This document shows positions 12,647 to 25,900 of a stretch of DNA of 64,000 nt, piece by piece. The notes below the pieces were generated by a model that was given only the letters and a program-made list of their open reading frames with translations, was not told the origin of the DNA and did no database searches. How positions within the stretch are numbered: the first letter of the stretch is position 1; the number at the start of each line of letters is the position of its first letter. The stretch spans positions 1 through 64,000 of the forward strand of contig DF237108.1 of the NCBI GenBank assembly GCA_000708835.1, in the 5' to 3' direction. The translations under genes and the position numbers were made by a program. The stretch is from Klebsormidium nitens (lineage: Eukaryota > Plantae > Klebsormidiophyceae).

Positions 12647-12839
12647 GTACCCTGCACAGTCCTCGGTACAGCAATCAGGTTGTACAGCACGATCAAGTGT
12701 CATCACCACCGTACCTCGATCTGGTACGCAACATTGATCTGGGTAGTGGGTACCTTTAACCTACGTACCGTACCAGGCTAGCGGCTCCCGCTGTACCTAG
12801 TACCTATGTACCGGTACTCGTGACTAGTGAGTACGGTAC
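12647..12839. promoter_or_regulatory. Dense GTAC cluster (candidate SBP-box/CuRE-type element array)
   Basis: 14 GTAC by manual count in 193 bp, against under 1 expected at uniform composition. It lies about 0.9 kb upstream of the gene at 13771. Function is inferred only. Confidence 0.35.
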
Positions 12840-13770
12840 ACTCCAGGTGCTCAGGTCCAGCGTTAGGTATTGTCCGCCAGACACCGCGTCTCTGCAGGCA
12901 GGCAGTAGGAAACATCCATCATGAACGGCCAACTTTAAGTTTGAGCCATACATATCATCCTGGTTTCGCTGCACATCACCCATTATTCTTTGCCATGCAT
13001 GCAAATGATAGCTCCAAAGGCCACTGGCAAATGCTGATAGGGAACGTCAAAATGGGAATTCCCTGTAGTGTACGGTACCCTGACTGAGCAGCCAAGTTCA
13101 GAGCTCCCCTAAAATCACTGGCAGGAGCATGATAGCTGAACGGTCTGGTGAGGGATCTCCCAAGGGGCAGTGGTTGGGAACATTCTTCAGGGTCCATTAT
13201 AGAACAGGCGCCGGCGTTGAATGAGGTCTGAGAAAAGCGTGTCCCCTTTCACAAAGACGGGGAATGCGCATGTTCGGAAACGGCCGTGACGCAACCCTCA
13301 AAACGGCGGCAGCTTTGGTAGCTTGAGAGCGACTCCTGAAGGGCCAATATAAGAGCCCTATAAAAGGGTTCCCCTCGCGGTTTCTTGACAGAATGAGGAT
13401 CGTTGCAAACCGCAGAATTTGGAAAGTCCCTCAGAAGCGGCCGCTTTGAAGCTAGAAGCCACTCCTGAAAAGGCTTGAGAATGCAGCACAACAGGACAAG
13501 GACAAGAATTCGAATGTGCGCCGGCACATTCTGGGTGCAAGCTAGGTCTCTTTGAGCACAGCTCCATTGGCGGGGTCTTGTTAACGCCAGGCCGCCGCTT
13601 GGCCAACAACTTGCTGACAGCTGGCGCGGTTTTGCTCAGGCTTTAACTGGTGGCTTTCAAGACAGCTTTAACAACCAGAAGGAACGGGCGAGTCCTGGGC
13701 GCCTCACATGTTCGATGCCGGGCGAAGGTGATCACAGCTGTCGCATTCCTTTCCATTCGGAGCGGCGACA

Positions 13771-16700
13771 ATGTCTCCCCCCCTTCTGACTTGCGAGCCC
13801 CGCATGCTTTCCCGGGGCCATAGAGCCAGCAGATTGACAACCCCCTTCCAGGACCGCAGGTCCAAACGATTGACGGTGACAATCCCCGAGTCAGCTGCCT
13901 GGCTTGACACACCAAACTGGTGTCAATTAGAACAGCACCTGCTGTCCCCAGACTTGGCAGCTGACTTTGACACCATTGATTTAGACACCGTTCACATAAA
14001 GCTCCCCCAAGCCACAGCCTGCGAGTCGATAAACAGTTTTTGTCCCGGGGGGGAGAGCTTGGGATCCCCAGCAGGGACACCCAGAAGCAGGGACCCCCCT
14101 GGAGAGTGGGGCGACAGCGCCGGCAGTCTGCGGGTGTTTGGAAGCGAGGTGGTGGAGAGCAGCAACTTTTTTGGGGGGGGCGCCATGGAGGAGAGCGACC
14201 CTGAGGGGGGCCCTCCAGCCAAGTGAGCTCCTTTTCTGCAAGCGGTGTCAATGCATTGACAACCTTTATCTTGGTGGGAGTTTCAATTGCACTGAGACTG
14301 AGACTTTCAATTGCACCACCTTTTTCCTGATGTTAGAATGTAGCTCCTGATAAGTTCTCGTCGAGGCGGGTTGAGTCAGAAACTGAGCTGCGCGGTGTTG
14401 GCATATGCAAATGTGCATGCTGAGATGTGCAGCTTGCATGTTGCTGCATCTGTAACACCATTTTTTTGGTGCTATGGTGTGAATGTTCTGATGAAAAGGC
14501 AGACTTGTAGCTACTGGTGTGAGCTCAAAGGAAGCCATTACCTCTCCCTTGGCATGCTTTGTCGTGAGCAAACATAGGGATACTTTTCTGCAGCATCCCT
14601 TCATCTCCTGCAAATGCTTTCTTGGTTGTCTCCCATTCAGAAGAGAAGTGTGGTCCCCTCTCACTCTTGTCACATTCTAAAGCAGCTCCATGCATGCATC
14701 CATACTCAAGAACAGCTGCTAATGCTGGTCTTCTTCTTGCATTCTAACTTTTGGGCTTTGTGCTCAGCTCTGTGATCAGCGCTTGCGTCAAAATGCCTGA
14801 GCATAACCAGGTTACACAGCATACAATAGGCTGATTTAGTATATCTCCATGCATTGCTTCCCTTGCAAAAGAAGCTTTTCTTTTTTCTTAACCTGCCCAG
14901 TGACTACCAGGTTCAAACCTTTTCACAGCCCTCTAAAAGAGGTGAAACAAAGTTTGAGTCAGTCTTTCCTGACCAGCACTTTTGCTTTGCCTCGCAGCCT
15001 ACCAAAGAGTGGCAGTCCTGGGGGAATGCAATGTGTGCCTAAAAACAGGGGTGAAAGGCCCCAAATAACATAAAGTTACGTGAGTAACATAGATTGTGCT
15101 TGGCCCCCAGCCCAGCAGGTTGTTGCAGACAAAGTGGGGGTCGAAAACAGGGGTAAAGGAACGGAATCATGATAAGAGGCTAACCAAAGTCCCGCTTTGT
15201 CTTGCAGCACAACAGAAGAAGACAGCTCCTTGTACAGCCAGTACTTGCAGGAGCTGCCAGCTGGCGCGCCACCTGCAACAGCTGGCGCACCCTTGACCAT
15301 GCCAGCTGGCATGGAGCTGGCAACAGCTGGCATGGCAGCTGCTCCACCGCTTCCGTTTGGTGACCCATACCAACAGACAGGAAGATTTCCAGCCGTCCAA
15401 GCCGTTGCCGCGGCGCCGACGTGGCGCAACCCGTACCAGGCAATAGTGGGGCAACTAGAGCTGGTGAGTGTTGCACAAAGCTTGGATTGGGACCATAAGC
15501 TCTTGCATCCAATCTGCAAAAGAGGCCTTCAAGAAGACAGGGATGAAAAAGATCTCATTGGTGGCTTGCAAATTCCCCTCTTTGAAAAAGCCTCCAGAGA
15601 AGCTAAGGGGAGAGGGTCTGCAACATATTTACAGTTGGACCTTATGCCTTGCTTGAACTTGTAGCTTTCTGATCTAGTGTGTTTATCAGCATGATTGTGA
15701 CGAATTGAGATAGTTTACATCAGTCGGTGAGAGTCAAGAGCAATTCAGACATAGCTCCTGCTCTGTTACTGCGGGCTTTCAGGTGCAGGCTAACATTGCA
15801 AAAGCTCGCCCCTCTTGCAGAGCAATTGCGATGACTTAGGCAGGGCCCTAAGTCCTTCAGAAACTGGGCAGTAGCGAAGGAACCCTTTTGCTTCTGCAAG
15901 AATTGGCTAAGCCTTGAAAGCAGTAAACAATGGCGTTTAAGCATACGCCTTGCTTGGGGGGAGTGCCGAGCCCACCAGATCTTTCAAGGGGTCCCCTTCT
16001 CTGTTCAACACCTCCAGATCCGATCAACTGCTCCAGATTGTCCACCTCCGTAACAACACATGTCGATGAAACGTGCCCTGAAACAGGTTTCCAATTCACC
16101 AAAACCACTCCTCCAATCTCATCAAACCCACTCCTTTTTGCGGTTCCCGCCTTGTACCTTCCGCCAAACTTCCTGCTCGCTCAAAAGTGGTCTATCTCAG
16201 GAATAAACTTTTACTTTGCTGAAGCTTTGGTTGGATCTTCTCGTGTAGCCTTTCCGTTTTATACCCATCTGACCATTCTTGTTATTCAACCCGTCCAGGG
16301 CCCCGGTCTTCCCGCCAGCCAAGCTTCGTTCCTGGCCACCCCCCCTGCTTTGCCCGTGTCTCTACCCCCCCTGGGCCGGGGCTTACCCCCGTTCGAGCTG
16401 CCAAATCCGCAGACGCAACGGCAAGGGGGTTTGCCCCAGCTTAGAGACCAAACGAACCTGCACAACATTTTTACCGAACTGTGGGACGTCTATGAACGCG
16501 ATGCAGACCCCACCACGAACCCCGGGCTTAACCAGCCGGTTACGTATGACCTGCGGGAGGGTTTGGGTAGGCCCCCACCTGAGGGGGGACCAAGGGGAAC
16601 CCAGGAAATGGGATCAGAGGAGTGGGCTCGGGCCCGGTAAGTTTTCCTCTCCCGTCTAGTTCCAATCGTACAGTATCTTAGTCCTCTTTGAATACCGACT

Positions 16701-19700
16701 GTTTCCCTGAATTGCATATGTTCTCCATACGTCTGTCCCGTCCCCTCGGATCCAGCTCCTTCCACTCTTTCGTCGTTCGTCCTCATTTGGTGTCCGCTTT
16801 GTATCTTGTATATCTGTACCGTGTCTGTGGTAAAATGGTTTGCATCCAACTTGTATTCGTACACCTTTCTGTACTCCTATCTGGGACAAAAGTGTTTCCA
16901 TTCTGAAGTCCATCCTCTCTCCTTGCGCTTTCAAGGACCGCTTCAAGACCTGCCTTCAAACGTGCTTCTTTCAAATGGATGAAAGGCGTCGACGTTTAGA
17001 ATTTCTACCACGGGCGACTGAATGCTGCTCATCATGTTGCAAGCTCAGAAGACTTCCAACGTACGCACACGAAGCTAGGGAGTAGACACCCACTACGGCT
17101 CAATCTCTTTTTGATTTACCCGGTCACTCAAACAACACGCCTTGTGCATCTTCTACTACTGTTTCCATCTTTCCAGATTCATCATCGCACGAACGCGCAG
17201 TAGCCCACTCCTGGCTTGTACAAAACGGTTGCCAGCTGAGGACTGAACTGGGACAGAAGCATCTCATTATTCTTCTAAACCCGCCTTTTCTTGTTTTCTC
17301 TGCAGCATCCGTCCGGGGGGATCCCTCCCGAGCCTTCGCCGCTTCCCTTCCGACCCCCCCGCGCCGATCGAACGCGCGCTCCCGCGCCGGGATCAAGAGT
17401 CGGCCGCCCTCCTCCACTTCCCCCAACTCGAGCTTCATCGCGACGTGCCGTTGTCCGACGCGGCGCTGACTGCACTCGCCATATCACTCGGTCTTTTCCG
17501 CCGCGAGGGGGATCCCCTGGGCACGCTTCCCGAGCTCGTGCCACGTGTCCCTGTGCCCGCGGGGGGGCTGCTCCCTGAGCGCTCAGCGGGGCTATCCGGC
17601 GCCGCCGGAAGAGTTTCCGACCTACCCCCGGCGGTGCTCCAAAGAGTGGCGTCCGCGCCCCCTTTGGTCGGTGCAACTCTTCCGACGCTCATCGTTCCTA
17701 CCGACCCTGCACTAGAGTCCCCGGGGGTGGTCTCAGCCGTCCAGCTGGCATCATCGGAGGGCAGCCCAGCCGCCACGTCGACGCCCGCCAAGCGGCCGAG
17801 GAAGCGGACTGCGAGAGGGAGGGCCAACGAGGGACAACTAGAGAAGGCTCCGTCTCTGAAGCGGCCGCCCAGCCCAACGCCAAACGCTCTCAGAGACCCG
17901 GAAGATAACCCGCCGCAAAACCCGGGCGCGGCGGCGGACCCAGCTAACTTGGCGCCAAACCGGACGGTCAGCGGGTGGTCCGTACAGAGCCTGGATGATC
18001 CCCGGGCCGACATTGGAGGTCAGGACACGCGGCGCCCTCTGAAGAAGCCACGTGACGTCTCCCCGGGCGGGGGTGCGACGATGTCCGCGCACTCCAGTGG
18101 GGGGGCAAGCGCTGCAGGGAGCCTCAGCAAGTCGGCGGCCCCCCCCGAGAGCGAGGGGCCGAGGGAGAGACAGGAGGAGAGGGCGCGTAAGAGAAGCGCG
18201 CGCAGAAGTCTGTGAGTCGCTTTCCAATCACGCACTTAGTTTAGCTGAAGGTTGGTTTTTTACTAAGCTAAGATACCGAACAAGAGGGGCTGAAGAGATG
18301 CACGGGTCAACCGAAACCGCGCTTCTGACAAAAGCTGGCGAGTCGCTTCAGATTCCGAGGGGAGCTCTTACTGTATGCTCTCTCCTTTTCTGCTTGGTTC
18401 CCGACGAGTCCTCTGGGGAATTTTTTGTCTGTTTTCAGTCTCGTCTTGACTCGCTCCCGTCAGACTCCCGCCCGGTTTGCAAGTGCCTTTCGGCAAGTCC
18501 GCCTTATGTCTCTCCAATCGCTTGCAGACTCCTTCTCTTCTTCCTTATTTCCTCTGCCATTGGTCGTCTTCTGCCTAAACACTCTGTCCGTCTTGTGCCT
18601 TTCAAAAGTGACCCTACGTTCTCGGCCTCCCCACTTCGTTCTTATATTCTGACTTCCTCTTGTTGCTTCTTCCGTTTCTTTTCTTCTACCATCGTGCAAT
18701 GTCGCGCGCACCGTTTGCGCAGGCCGCGCGAGCAGTGCGCGCGCAAACCTATTTTCTTTATAAGCCCAGGACGTCCGCGCGCTCTTTGCTTCCTTCTCCT
18801 CCCCCAATGCGCCCCTTCCACTTTATCTCCGTATGCAACGCACGGAACCTCAGTCAAGACGGAGTGCGCTACCCTTCCTCCTTAAAGCGCGCGCGTTTCA
18901 TGTCTGTTTGAAGCCCCATCCTCTCCATCGCGCGACCTCCCTTTTGAGCCACGCGCATTCCCTTTTGCCAACACGAAGCGGTCTTCCTGTCCTTCCAAAA
19001 GCGCGCGCGTTTTGTTCGTCCATAGCTGCGCCTCAACCTCCCGATGCGCGGCATCATTTTGAGTCCCGCGCACTCTCCCCTACAGGCTGGACAAGCTGCG
19101 CAACAAGACGTGCGGCTGTAAGCAGGACTGGCCCGACGACATGCAGAAGCTGTTCGACCTGTCACAGAAGCAGTCGAACGACCTCCGCTCTCTGCGCGGA
19201 CAGCTGGACCACGCGAACCGCCGCGACTCCCTGCAGGTGGGTCGCCGACTTTTTCGGTGACACATTTCAGCCTAGCCCGAGCAACCTCTTACTTCCTCGT
19301 GTCACTTGCTTTATTTTTCGACGGGTGGAGTTGGGTCTGGTGGGTAGAGTGAGTGCGGGTGCGGAGCGCGTTTGATTTACGGTTTGCAGTTCGGTTTGAC
19401 GAAGGTTCTGCTTTCCTGTCGTACCTCATATTGTCGAAACCGTATGTTTCCGGTCCGACGCTGAAGCTAGTACTGAAATCCACCGGCTGACCTTGTACAG
19501 GTGGTCTGGTCACAGGCACGTTCAGCAATTATCATTCCTGTTTAAGTGCTTTAATTTCCTCGGCTTTGGTTCTTGTGTTCGACTTCTCGCCTCGTTCTTC
19601 GCTCCGTCCAGCCTCCCGAGTCCAGCTTTCTATAGCCTGGCAAGCAAGAGCTTTTCCAAACCTTTGGTTTAGGTTTTCGTCGTAATCTGGGTTTAGGTTT

Positions 19701-20073
19701 CCTCTGTATCTGAAGTTTCGATGGAAAGTCCTCGAGTGAGCTACCCCAAACTTTAGAAGCTGAGGCCTTCGCGATTTACCACGTGCAGACGCAGGAGATC
19801 GAAGCGCTCCAAAGCGCCGTCGCAGATCTGCAGCGAGCGCTCGACGCCGCGCGCGCGCAGCGCGCGCGCCAGGGGGCCGTTCCGGCGGCGCCCGGGGAGG
19901 GGGCGGCCCAGCCGCGCGCTAATGAGGGCGGCGCGCGCGGGCCTGTGGAAGCGCGCGCGATGGAAGATGCTCGCGCGCCTGGGGCCCGGCGTAGGGAGGA
20001 TCCCCCGGCGGAGGGCAGGGGGGCCCGGTCGAGTGAGGAAGAGTCGAGCAAAGGCCCCCGTTCGAAATGGTAG
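13771..20073 (+). CDS. Protein of unknown function, about 795 aa, Pro/Ala-rich with a C-terminal basic stretch and coiled coil, 6 exons
   Basis: Exons 13771-14222, 15208-15463, 16299-16636, 17306-18211, 19086-19236, 19789-20073. Donors and acceptors are canonical (gtgagc, gtgagt, gtaagt, gtgagt, gtgggt), all phases join in frame, total 2388 nt. No family recognised. The 5' end is uncertain. Confidence 0.7.
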
Positions 20074-20190
20074 ACGTCGAAATGTTGAAGAGGTAGGCGC
20101 AGACCATGCTTGGCACAGTTGACGTCACTTAGGAGGCGGAGTGAGATGATTGGAGGTATAATATAAGTGGAATTCTGCCAGCAAGGTCAA

Positions 20191-20213
20191 GCTGACGTAA
20201 GGCTTACGTCAGC
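20191..20213. promoter_or_regulatory. Perfect 11+1+11 palindrome resembling an ocs/as-1 bZIP element
   Basis: GCTGACGTAAG-G-CTTACGTCAGC, about 120 nt downstream of the stop at 20073. Confidence 0.4.
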
Positions 20214-22974
20214 CGTTTGCCCATGCTCTGGGCCGCTCATCGAGGGCGCGCATTGAGCTTCGGCTCAGTAGGAGAAAGGTGCGAGAAGACCCGATAGGTG
20301 GGGATACGCGCAGGATTGCCCGAACCTTCTGGTGGGCTCAGAAAATGGGTTCTAAAAATGAGTGGAACTGAACACTGTTTCGAAGTAGAGACGCCCGGAG
20401 GGCGTAAAGCGGCCCGGGGGAAGGATTAGGGGACGCGCGCGCGCACCTTGGAGCGCGCGAGGTCTGCGCAATTCGCGCACCAGCTGGATGCACGTACGCT
20501 CGCGTGCGCGAAGCGATTGCGCAGCTATTGGAGGGGAAGACGTACGTAGTTGGATACGAGCTTATTAACCATATCAGCCGTTGATATCTTGACCCATTTT
20601 GGGTCCAGTAGTGTTGGTTAGTGTTTGCTTGTTTGTGGAACCAGAGCACAGTACCGTGGTCGCTATTACAGTAGTATAGGAGTCGTCGCTTTAGGGCGGC
20701 CATTGTGTAGCGCACAATGAGCATAGTGGATTTGCGGCAGTGGGCGGACACGTGGCGCTTTTCCAGAAAAGCCGAGCGCTGCCCCTCTGGGCTGGTGCCA
20801 CGTGGCTCGCGCCCACTTGCAGGGGAGTTGAGCGCAACAGTCAGACAGGGTACGTTTAGCCGCTCGTCAGTCGCACTAATCTGGAGGGTGCCAGTCCGCG
20901 CAATGAAGGCGGGTTGAGCGAGTATTAGGTACGTGTCTTCGTAAATAGATCGTTTGAGTCAACTGTAGATATCTGGCGCCTTTTTAATGATGCGCCCATA
21001 GTAGGTACCTTAATGCACGTCCAGGTTGTGTCTGGTCAAAGGGCAGTCACTCTTGTCAGCGCTGAAAAGGTTTGCCCGCACGTTGCAACCAAGACTTCAA
21101 AGCAAGCAGGCATAGGAGCGTTGGCAAAAAGGATCTCCATCGATAGCCCCAATTCAGCCAGAGCCTGGACCTTGACATTCTGCATTCTGCATGATTATAA
21201 GAAAGGCATTCAATATCAGTTGCATCAGGTCATTCAAACCTGCATCGATCCTTGATACTAACTACTTAAACTTAGTCTCACGTCTATCATATTAGTCGGG
21301 CATGGCAGTTCCAGATAATCAACGCATGTATTGCCGCGCACTATAGCTATACTAACCGTCGTGGATCATGTGCAGATTGTAGCCTTTCATCACGTGTCAT
21401 GGTGCTCATGTGTCAATCAAGCTCAATCGTCTGTTAGGAGTGCAAGTTGTCTCCTGCTTCTTAAGTGTATATTTAGAAGGCCGCAAAGCTTGCCAGGCTA
21501 TAACAGATGCGCCACGGGCCACGGCCAGCTTGATCGCGACGTCGGTTTCATAAAGCATGTAGTTGAGCGCGCGCATATGTAGGATATGCTCTTTCACATG
21601 CAATCACTTTGTTCAATAAATTGCTCATGTAAAAGTCTCTGGCGTGCGACGACTCAAAGCTCAAGACTTATTGCCGCGAGCGTGCGGCCCCCACGGGCCT
21701 GTTTCTAGCCCGTGCGATAACATAGGGCCCTCAAGTGATCCGACCTCTACGATCGAAGGCTCAGGCATGTACCGTACATACATCACATGCATGCAGTCGA
21801 TCTAGATATTGTTTGCGCTACCTACGGTGTGTGGCACAGCGGCCAAATGTCAGCTTGATAAAGTACCATGACGTTGCCGGGTTGCATATTGGCTTGCCTC
21901 TTTACTCTTAGTAAAGAGAGCGCTACAGTATTTGGGGAACGTCGCGGTTCGGGCGACACTGTACGACGCCGCGGTGCGGGGCCCTGAGTGACCCCAGTCT
22001 GCGCTGAATTTTGGACCTGGCTGGCGTTCGACGGAAAACGTACAGCAAAGCCGAAACAGATTGGCACACCCTTATGGCCACTTCGTTTTAGACTCCCTCG
22101 CGCGGCTGCATCGAAACTGCCTCGCCATCGAATGCGCCCGCGTAGCCGCTCGAATGAACCCAACGTAACGCTGTAACGCCCTTCGAAGTCTAATTCTCGG
22201 TGTCGGTCACTTTGGGGCCCCTAACTTGGGGCAGTCTGACCGGGTGACACAGTGTGCTACTACGTATGGTTGATCCATGCACGAAGGTCGGGTCTCAAAT
22301 ACCGGCCTAAGAGTCAGCCTGAAACCCGATGAATGAAAAACCACGGTTTGCATCGATGAGAGGCAAGCCCCCGCCGCCTCTCCGAGGCGGGCCGGTCATG
22401 TTTTACTGGCCGGCCGGGCCGCCCAAGATCATGATTGCGCAATGGTGTGGGCAGTGGTTATAGTGGCAAACACGCTCGACCGGGCCAGGTCTCCTTTCAG
22501 CATGTGCGGTCGCTCTGCTGCCCCAATCACTGAGGCGTTATAAGTATGATCGGACAAGACGGGGAACTCTGTAGCTTGGCGGTTTCGTGCTGCGCAGACA
22601 GCCGTTGTCAATCCTAGGGTGGGCCAATGAGGCAGCTTCAGATTCAAACGTGAGTAAGAGGATACTCACTCACACGCTCGCATACTAGCGTGCTGACAAC
22701 CAACCTTGTCATGCTCGTTTGGAAGTTAGACTGCTGGGTACCATCTCCTCCGCTGTATGTGGGAGGCTCACCAATAGAAACGGTTTGTCAACCGATAAAG
22801 TAAGGTGAATTGCTCTAGATAACCAGATCACAACATTGTGACAACTGTACCGTGCTGCTTGTCCATATACAACATGCACTTCACAAATCACATAGACGAC
22901 GAAAACTTTCAGGTTGCCCTAGCTATTATACATGTGCAAACGAATGTATAATCAACACGGTTTGCGAGCTTCTC

Positions 22975-25900
22975 TCAATCCAATAAATGGTGCACCCACT
23001 CCTCAAGGAACCCGGGCGATCCATACCAGACTCGCGAACCCCTAGCATTTCCGTTTTCAGTGCTCTCAACGACTCCCACGGGCGAATGATACACGCCGTC
23101 GAGCGTCACGTTGACGGCGCCCTCGAGATGCGCGCTCTGCTCTGGAACCACTCCATCGCCCCACGCCTCCGGGTCGCCGCAAACCTGCAAAACAACCGTC
23201 TTTCAACAGCCAAAAAGATTGGCGAAAAAAGAGAAATAGCGTCTTTGCAATATGCATCAGAATGCAGGAATCGTTGTCGTGAGTTAAGAACCTGAAAGCA
23301 AAGAAAGGTTTATCCTTCTTTGTTAGAGATTGTAATCGCTACTATTTTAGAAACTGTTTCGAGGCATTTCTTATTGCTTGGAAGGTTACCGAACATCTCG
23401 CGGCATGGCTAATCAAGACGTTCGCTACCAATGCACACTCTACGAGGAAGTTAGACAAAAGTAAAGCACGAGGAGATTGTGAGCTTGTCGGATCGAAAGC
23501 AGGTCCTCCGTCTTCCATTACAAAAGAGAGCGCATAACTTTCTGGTAAACGCGGCGTTTTCAAGTTCAAAGTGTTTGCCACGGCCATAGAATAGTCTTGA
23601 AAGCAAGGCAAGATCAGGGGATTCACGCCTAAACGCGGATGTTCATTCGGTAGGTTCAGAATGGCTTCAGAGATTACTTTTCCCGACGATTCGCACGCTA
23701 CAACAAATGGAGATGATCCAAGCAAAGAAAGGGAATCGCTAAGAGCACGCAAACAGCTTTGGGGACTCCCTCTGAAGGAGCGTGCAAACCCTAACCCTCT
23801 ACGGTTTAACATAAACGTTTGCTGTGGTCCCCTCCTTGCCAAACCGTCGCCTTGGCCCTCGCTTAACCGACTCAAAGCCCTCCGTGTGGCAACCATAGCG
23901 CCGCTGGAAATCTAAGAGAACCTCTGCGGTGACAAAGAATCGTTCCAACAAAAATGGGGTTAGCAAAATCCGGTGCGCTCACCTGCTTGTAACCCTGCCC
24001 GACAACTTTCCGGTTCCACGTCGACGGTCCTGCAGCCCCCTCGCCTAGGGGCCCCGTTCCCTCGGAAAGGCCACCCCCGGCCAGCGTGCTTGCTGCTTCT
24101 GTAGCTGTGGCGACCACCGCACTGCCAGCGCCAGAAATGGTCGCCCCAACGCCGTGCTCGGGCTCCGAATCACCGTCGAAGAACCTCGCGCCTTTGATGT
24201 ACCTGGTAAAACAAAGCAGCCGCTCAATCTGAAGGTTTAAAGCGATGCTGTGCGTGCGGCGTCTGTTAGATGACCCCGACGCCCACTGGAGTCCTATTTT
24301 TAAAGTCAATATTCGGAGGTGGGAGGTGGAAGGTGGGAGGATCTGAGCTTCGTCCCCAGTCGCAGGTGAAAGAAGGAACCAGAAGGCCTGTAAGTAGGCT
24401 TAGTAGACACCTCAGCGTCCTCTGAAGTACTGGAGGGTTGGGTTTTGATTGGGGCAGAACTGCTTTTAAAATGCTCGACGATCCTTTAGGACAGAGACTT
24501 AAGTAACTTAGAAGTACGAGTAGAGAAACGGATCCCTCTGTAAATTGTTCAGGCATCGACCTTTCTGGGAACCTTCATCAATCGCGGTAAATATCGTCTT
24601 CCGGAGCCCACGAGGTTGTCAGCTTGTGGTCACAGAGTGCCAGATCGCCATGTTACACAAGGGTTTTCCTCTTACGAAACTGGCAAACATTCATGAAATA
24701 GAGTACCCTTCCGGATCTAAACCCGTGACATTTCGATTTCGATCCGGGTCAACCACCTTAACATTGGCAGGCGTTATCAGACACGTTCCATAAGTACATG
24801 ACCCTTACTTCTGTAGATCCAGAGCCACGACAGCTTTGACAACAGCTCCGACTTAAGCTAGCGAGTTAGGGTCGGAAGAACTCACCTCCCAGCAATGCAC
24901 ACATACTTGACCTCATCATGAAAAGCTCCCGGGCAATTGTCCTCCACGTGGTATAGCAGCCCCCGGGTCTGATCAAACACCCCGGGGATCCCCCTGGGAG
25001 GCGGCAGGTGCGGGCTCCCGAGACTGACGAGCGCTGCCACGTCAGCGGTCCCAAACTCGGCCAGGTAAACCCGCGCGAGCCAGCCCCCGGCAGAGTGTGC
25101 GAGGAGTGTCACTTGAGAACTGTCTGTCTGCGCTTTTGCGGACGCAATCGCATCTCTGATGCGATCGAGATACCTAGATGAGGAAGAGGACAGAGTTTGA
25201 CAAGCGGGCTTGTCTGTCTGCCGTGTTAAGTTTCTGCGCAGAGGTTGCGCTGATGCGCATTGGTATACCTAGTGCTCATGAAAATGATCGGAACTCTTTT
25301 GTAAAGATAACCTACGGTTGACGCAGTAGTTCTGCTCGATGACTTGCAACAAAAAAATCAGCCCTGAGACTAGGGCAACCGATAAGGATGGAAGCACACT
25401 TGCCCTACTGACTTCCAGGCATCCCATCCAAAGATTCTTTCAGTAGTAAGAGTGAACACATTGCCATCAGCCATCCCGTCCATTCATAGCGATGATTGTT
25501 CCAGTGCCGACAACCAGAAAATAGCTGTCCGTTCCGGTGGACTTTTCACGATCTAAGTAGTGGCATTAAATGCTTACGAGACATAACTAATTTGGTACAG
25601 AAATTTTAAAAACATACCAGTCCAAGACGGGCCGCGGCTTCAATTCTCCTCTCCAGTACGCTCCATCCAACAGGCCTGCAGCATTCCGCAGCCAATCAGG
25701 GCGCGACACCTGGGCCGTGACGGCTGTCAACCCGTGCTTTGCTAAGTCTTGCTCGAGCTTGGCATAGTCTCCAGTGTTGTTTCCCAAACCCTGCACATTG
25801 GGCAGGGCGGCCATAATCAGCGAGGAGACGCACAACCTTAGCATGTGATGGGGGGAGTAAAGGTGAGTTGCAGAAGCTTGGTGCAGTAGAAGCTTCTCTG

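Noticed and set aside
17124-20128. Many long overlapping or antisense ORFs in the ORF track (also at 39.6-40.2 kb, 45.1-46.2 kb and 50.4-50.7 kb)
   Set aside because: They are shadows of GC-rich exons on the other strand or in other frames, with no motifs or splice support.
23983-24202. Low-complexity insertion in the alpha/beta-hydrolase
   Set aside because: As I recall, plant orthologues have a variable loop at the same place, so it is ordinary.
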